A stretch of 64,000 nt of DNA from Burkholderiales bacterium (GTDB lineage: Bacteria; Pseudomonadota; Gammaproteobacteria; Burkholderiales; SG8-39). A model generated the notes under the pieces. It searched no databases. It saw only the letters and a list, made by a program, of their open reading frames with translations, and was not told the DNA's origin. Shown one piece after another: positions 59,869 to 64,000 of this stretch. The translations under genes and the position numbers were made by a program. Every line of letters starts with the position of its first letter. Positions within the stretch are counted from its first letter, which is position 1. The stretch is taken from positions 142,044 through 206,043 of the forward strand of contig CBDIHI010000011.1 of NCBI GenBank assembly GCA_965279075.1, read 5' to 3'.

Positions 59869-61278
59869 TCAGTTCAAGTGCACATATTCGTAGTCGACCG
59901 CCATGTTGTTGATGCCGCGTTCCGGCGGGGCGATCCAGGCCGCCATCTTGCCCGGCGCGACGACTTTCTGCATCAGGCTCTTCACGTAGGCGCGGTCCTC
60001 CTGCGACGGCACCCACTCGTCCTTGCGCCGTTCGTACTCCTCCTTGGGGATCAGCTTGCCCTGCGGATCCACCGGCAGCCCGGCCCAGGCGCCGATCGAG
60101 CGGCGGAAGTGCATGTCGGGCAGCGTGAGGCGCAATTCGTGCCCGGCGCGCTCGATGGCGCGGTTCCAGCGGCGCATGCCGATCTCGCAGTCCTTCAGGT
60201 AGGACTCGCGCATCACTTCGTTCAGCGCGTTCAGCATCGGCACGTCCTGCGCGCCTACGGGCGTCTGCATGTGCATCACCGCGTCGCGCAGCACGTGGTC
60301 CGTGTAGGTGGATTCGTCTGGGCGGCCCTTGAGGCCGTTGGCGAAGGTCTGCGCCGAGTTCGAGGAGATCTCGTTGCCGAACAGGTCGAGCGAGGACGAG
60401 CACCAGAAGTTGATGTATTTCTGCAGCAGCGGCAGGTCCACCGCACCCGCGCGGCGGATCGCGGCCGGGTCGTCGGTGCCCAGTTCCTTCATGACCTCAA
60501 GCGTGCGCTTGATCACGCGCCCGATGCCCGTCTCGCCGACGAACATGTGGTGGGCCTCCTCGGTCAGCATGAAGCGGCAGGTGCGCGACAGCGGGTCGAA
60601 CGAGGACTCCGCAAGGCTCTTGAGCTGGTACTTGCCGTCACGGTCCGTGAAGTACGTGAAGCAGTACAGCGACAGCCAGTCGGTGATCGGCTCGTTGAAG
60701 GTCGACAGGATCCGCGGCTTGTCGGCGTCGCCCGAGTGGCGTGCAAGGAGTTCCTCGGCCTCCTCGCGGCCGTCTCGCCCGAAGTAGGCGTGGAGCAGGT
60801 AGACCATCGCCCACAGGTGGCGGCCTTCCTCGACGTTGATCTGGAAGAGGTTGCGCAGGTCGTACAGCGACGGGCAGGTATGGCCGAGCAGGCGCTGCTG
60901 CTCGACGGACGCCGGCTCGGTGTCGCCCTGCGTGACGATCAGGCGGCGCAAGGTCGAGCGGTACTCGCCCGGCACCTGTTGCCAGACGGGCTGGCCCATC
61001 GCGTCGCCAAACCCGATCTTCCGGTCCGGCACCTGGTCGGCGAGGAAGATGCCCCAGCGGTAGTCCGGCATCTTCACCGCGCCGTATTGCGCCCAGCCCT
61101 CGGCGTCTACCGAGACCGCGGTGCGCAGGTACACGTCGGAGGCCTGGAAGTCGCTCGGCCCCATCTCCTGCCACCAGTTGAGGAAGCTCGGCTGCCAGTG
61201 TTCCAGCGCCCGCTGCAGCGTCTTGTCGTTGGCGATGTTGACGTTGTTGGGGATTTTTTCTGCGTAGTCGATGGCCAT
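59869..61278 (-). CDS. boxB: benzoyl-CoA 2,3-epoxidase (oxygenase) subunit BoxB
   Basis: 469 aa. N-terminus EKIPNNVNI..DKTLQRALE.WQPSFLNWW and YLRTAVSVD..GWA, as I recall for Azoarcus BoxB. Diiron motifs EEGRHLW and EEAHHMF. Confidence 0.9.
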   Translation of the reverse strand: MAIDYAEKIPNNVNIANDKTLQRALEHWQPSFLNWWQEMGPSDFQASDVYLRTAVSVDAEGWAQYGAVKMPDYRWGIFLADQVPDRKIGFGDAMGQPVWQQVPGEYRSTLRRLIVTQGDTEPASVEQQRLLGHTCPSLYDLRNLFQINVEEGRHLWAMVYLLHAYFGRDGREEAEELLARHSGDADKPRILSTFNEPITDWLSLYCFTYFTDRDGKYQLKSLAESSFDPLSRTCRFMLTEEAHHMFVGETGIGRVIKRTLEVMKELGTDDPAAIRRAGAVDLPLLQKYINFWCSSSLDLFGNEISSNSAQTFANGLKGRPDESTYTDHVLRDAVMHMQTPVGAQDVPMLNALNEVMRESYLKDCEIGMRRWNRAIERAGHELRLTLPDMHFRRSIGAWAGLPVDPQGKLIPKEEYERRKDEWVPSQEDRAYVKSLMQKVVAPGKMAAWIAPPERGINNMAVDYEYVHLN

Positions 61279-61280
61279 GG

Positions 61281-62924
61281 TTACACCCGTTCCCAGTTGA
61301 ATTTGGCTTTGCTGCCCGTTCCGTAGACTTTCAACGCGCCCTGTTCGCCGACCGCGTTCGGGCGGTTGAACACCCAGTTCTGCCAGGCGGTGAGGCGGCC
61401 GAAGATGCGCGTTTCCATGGTCTCAGCACCCGCGAAGCGCAGGCTCGCTTCCATCGCCGTGAGCGCGTCGGGCGACTGGCTCGCGCGCTCCTCGATCGCG
61501 AGCCTGATTTCGTCGGCCCAGTCGAGGTCGTCCGGCGTGATGGTCACGAGGCCCAGTTCCCTGGCGGCGTCCGCGTCGAGCGGTTCGCCTATGGCGGACC
61601 TGCAGCGCTCGATCGGCGTCTCCTCGTCGGAAAAGCGCGTGGCGATGCGCGTGCGGTGGTTGGCCATCTCGTAAGGGCCGAAGTTGAGCGCCGACAGCGC
61701 GATCCTGGGTGCATTCGCGGGTTGGTCCGGCAGCGCCAGCATGTAGCTGCGGTCGGCGGCCAGCGCCAGTTCCGCGAGCGTGCCCGCAAAGCACGAGCCC
61801 GCATCGACGAGCGCGATCAGCGAGCGCGAGGCCACGTCGATGCGCGAGAACGTGCGCCGGATGAAGCCCAGCGTCTCGCGTACGAACCAGTGGCCGGCGT
61901 TGGCCGCCATTGCCTTGTCGGAGGCCAGTACGGCGTCCACAGCGCCTTCGGTCTTCAGCACCCATGTGCCGATCTCGGCCTCGTTCGTGCGCAGCAACAG
62001 GATCGCGTCGTCGAGGTCGCGCGCCATCGCGAGCGGCCACCACTGGTCGCCCTGCGCGAGGATCGCGTCGACCGTGTCCGGCTGCGCGCCTTGCGGCCCT
62101 TTCACGGTAATCGCCGCGACCCGCGCGGCGCGGTCAAATGCCACCTCGACGGTCGGATACCGGTAGCCCTTGTCGTCGATAACCCGCTTGAGCGGCGTCA
62201 GCGCCACGCCCTTGGCGCCATCGGGCCGATCGGAGAGTTTCGCCAGTTCCAGCGCTCGCGCCTTCACCATGTCCGCGAACGCCTGCGGCTTGGCCACGTG
62301 GTCGACGAGCCGCCATTCCTTCGCGCGGTCGGCGCGCACGCCCTCCGACGTCGTGCAGAACACATCGGCAAGGTCCCGCCGCATTTTCCGCTTGTCGACG
62401 AGGCGCGTGAGGCCGCCGGTGCCGGGCAGGACCCCGAGCAGCGGCACTTCCGGCAGGCTGACGGCGGAGGAGCGGTCGTCGATCATCGCAATCTCGTCGC
62501 AGGCGAGCGCCATCTCGTAGCCGCCACCCGCGGTCGCGCCGTTCAGGGCCGCGAGGAACTTGAGGCCGGAGTGGCGGCTCGAGTCCTCGATGCCGTTCCT
62601 TGTCTCGTTGGTGAACTTGCAGAAGTTGACCTTCCACGCGTGCGTGCTCTGGCCGAGCATGTAGATGTTGGCGCCCGAGCAGAACATGCGCGGTTTGCCC
62701 GAGGTCACCACCACGCTCTTCACGCCGGGATGCTCGAAGCGGATGCGGTTCAGCGCGTCGTTCAGCTCGATGTCCACGCCGAGGTCGTAGGAGTTCAGCT
62801 TCAGCTTGTAAGTCGGGAAGAGCCCCTTGTCCTCCTGGATGTCGAGCGTCAGCGTGGCCACGGGGCCGTCGACCGTGAGCTTCCAGTGGTTGTATTTTGC
62901 GGGGGTGGTGTCGAAGGTGATCAT
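61281..62924 (-). CDS. boxC: benzoyl-CoA-dihydrodiol lyase BoxC
   Basis: 547 aa from MITFDTTPAKYNHWKL. Double crotonase-like architecture (FCSGANIYML...). Lies immediately upstream of boxB with a 2-nt gap. Confidence 0.85.
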   Translation of the reverse strand: MITFDTTPAKYNHWKLTVDGPVATLTLDIQEDKGLFPTYKLKLNSYDLGVDIELNDALNRIRFEHPGVKSVVVTSGKPRMFCSGANIYMLGQSTHAWKVNFCKFTNETRNGIEDSSRHSGLKFLAALNGATAGGGYEMALACDEIAMIDDRSSAVSLPEVPLLGVLPGTGGLTRLVDKRKMRRDLADVFCTTSEGVRADRAKEWRLVDHVAKPQAFADMVKARALELAKLSDRPDGAKGVALTPLKRVIDDKGYRYPTVEVAFDRAARVAAITVKGPQGAQPDTVDAILAQGDQWWPLAMARDLDDAILLLRTNEAEIGTWVLKTEGAVDAVLASDKAMAANAGHWFVRETLGFIRRTFSRIDVASRSLIALVDAGSCFAGTLAELALAADRSYMLALPDQPANAPRIALSALNFGPYEMANHRTRIATRFSDEETPIERCRSAIGEPLDADAARELGLVTITPDDLDWADEIRLAIEERASQSPDALTAMEASLRFAGAETMETRIFGRLTAWQNWVFNRPNAVGEQGALKVYGTGSKAKFNWERV

Positions 62925-62932
62925 CGGGGGTC

Positions 62933-63712
62933 CTAGGCGTCGTGGTGCGTCGTGCGTTTCAGGTCGGCGAGGGCCTGCCTCGCCGTGCGGCCGGCCGTGT
63001 CCACCGACACGTCGGCGCGGGCGTAGAGGTGGGTGCGCTCGGAGAGCAGGTGCTTGAGGTCGTCCATCGCGGCGGCATGGCCGTGGATCGGGCGCAGGTC
63101 GCCCTGCGCGATCACCCGCGACATGTGCTCCTCCGGCGCGGCCTTGAGCCACACCGTGAAGCAGGCTTCGAGCAGCCGCGCGTAGGTTTCCGGCGCGGTC
63201 ACGAGGCTGCCGCCCGTCGCGATCACGCAGCGCGGGTTGTCGGAAAGCACACGCTCCAGCGCGCGGCGCTCGTAGCGCCGGTAGCCGTCCTGGCCGTAAA
63301 GGCTGAAGATTTCCTGCAGCGTCACCCCGGCCTCGCGCTCGGCCTCGCGGTCCAGTTCGATGAAGGTCAGGCCCGCGTCCGCGGCCAGCTTTTCGCCGAG
63401 CGTGGACTTGCCGGCGCCGCGCAGGCCGACCAGCGCGATGCGGTCGCGGCGTGGCGTGGCGGGGGACTCGCGAACCAGATCCTCCAGCGGCACCTGCATC
63501 GCGATCGACAACTGCCGCAACAGGAGGATGGACATGTTGCCCTGCCCGGATTCGAGCTGGGCGAGGTAGCGCTCGGATACCCCGGAGGAGAGGGCCAGGG
63601 CCTTGCGGGTTATCCTGCGACCATCGCGCCAGGCGCGCACGCGCTCTCCAAGGCGTGCCAGGAAGGCTTCGTCCTCGGTCGGGGTGGATGCGGGGGCTGG
63701 GGAATTTTGCAT
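62933..63712 (-). CDS. boxR: BoxR/BzdR-type regulator (XRE HTH fused to a shikimate-kinase-like domain)
   Basis: HTH ALSSGVSERYLAQLESGQGNMSILLLRQLS plus P-loop LVGLRGAGKSTLG and shikimate-kinase-like blocks. Lies 8 nt upstream of boxC. Confidence 0.8.
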   Translation of the reverse strand: MQNSPAPASTPTEDEAFLARLGERVRAWRDGRRITRKALALSSGVSERYLAQLESGQGNMSILLLRQLSIAMQVPLEDLVRESPATPRRDRIALVGLRGAGKSTLGEKLAADAGLTFIELDREAEREAGVTLQEIFSLYGQDGYRRYERRALERVLSDNPRCVIATGGSLVTAPETYARLLEACFTVWLKAAPEEHMSRVIAQGDLRPIHGHAAAMDDLKHLLSERTHLYARADVSVDTAGRTARQALADLKRTTHHDA

Positions 63713-63724
63713 GAAATATAGTGC

Positions 63725-63752
63725 TTGAAAATATTTTAAGCTGCAATATAAT
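63725..63752 (+). promoter_or_regulatory. near-consensus sigma-70 promoter candidate (TTGAAA-N16-TATAAT) for the flavodoxin-like gene
   Basis: Read directly in the AT-rich 87-nt divergent region. Confidence 0.4.
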
Positions 63753-63761
63753 GGCTGTCAA
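63733..63761 (-). promoter_or_regulatory. near-consensus sigma-70 promoter candidate (TTGACA-N17-TAAAAT) for boxR-boxCB
   Basis: Minus-strand reading of 63761..63733. It overlaps the plus-strand promoter face to face. The predicted start leaves only a very short leader before the boxR ATG. Confidence 0.4.
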
Positions 63762-63799
63762 ATGAAACTCGTTTCGGACCCTTGTCCGCCGGACGCCCC

Positions 63800-64000
63800 A
63801 TGAAACTCACCATCCTCGTCGGCACCATGACCGGCACCGCCCAGCTCGTCGCGCAGGAGCTCGAACTCGCGTGGGACGGCGACGGCGTGTCTGTCGAAAC
63901 CCTGTTGATGGACGACCTCGATGCGGCGGTGTTTTCGCGCGACGGCGTGTTCCTCGTCTGCACGTCCACGTACGGCCAGGGCGACGTGCCGGATAATTCG
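63800..64000 (+). CDS. flavodoxin-domain protein, N-terminal fragment (runs off the right edge)
   Basis: MKLTILVGTMTGTAQLVAQEL...VFLVCTSTYGQGDVPDN is a flavodoxin-like FMN-binding N-terminus. It is absent from the ORF track because there is no stop codon inside the window. Confidence 0.6.
   Translation, partial: MKLTILVGTMTGTAQLVAQELELAWDGDGVSVETLLMDDLDAAVFSRDGVFLVCTSTYGQGDVPDNS

Overview
Very GC-rich bacterial chromosome segment. The gene order looks betaproteobacterial (ilvBH-ilvC-psd-pssA-leuA, holC-pepA divergent from lptFG, bolA-yciB, box genes), possibly Rhodocyclales or Burkholderiales; this is an inference from synteny, not a search result. The window is almost fully coding: I support about 62 CDS. 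I saw no rRNA, tRNA, CRISPR array, integrase, transposase or prophage genes. Layout: (1) 1-13.5 kb, a cell-envelope glycan synthesis or modification locus. It holds GT-B and GT2 glycosyltransferases, two GT-C-like membrane proteins (one YfhO-like), two AsnB-type amidotransferases, two paralogous methyltransferases and an MprF-like flippase domain. (2) 13.6-22.2 kb: moaC, a BepA-like protease, an orphan ChrB-like gene, a three-subunit molybdoenzyme with no Tat signal (SoeABC-like), TusA and an unknown ORF. (3) 22-49 kb, mostly housekeeping: valS, holC, pepA, lptFG, an ECF sigma module, ilv/leu genes, psd/pssA, wrbA, a YihY-PyrF in-frame fusion, moxR, an HDAC-like gene, a PPIase, bolA, yciB and msrB. 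(4) 49.9-56.5 kb: co-directional deaminase, acyl-CoA synthetase, cysteine-dioxygenase-like and SelO genes, followed by a leaderless sulfatase. (5) 57.5-64 kb: a LysR regulator, then boxR-boxC-boxB-lactonase with no adjacent boxA. No convincing defence island or mobile element is present. The most unusual items are the SoeABC-like/TusA/ChrB neighbourhood, the thiol-dioxygenase gene overlapping selO, the YfhO/GT2/GT-C glycosylation operon, and the YihY-PyrF fusion. All functional calls rest on motifs read by eye and need homology searches to confirm. The many long arginine/alanine/proline-rich ORFs antisense to real genes are treated as GC-driven shadow ORFs.
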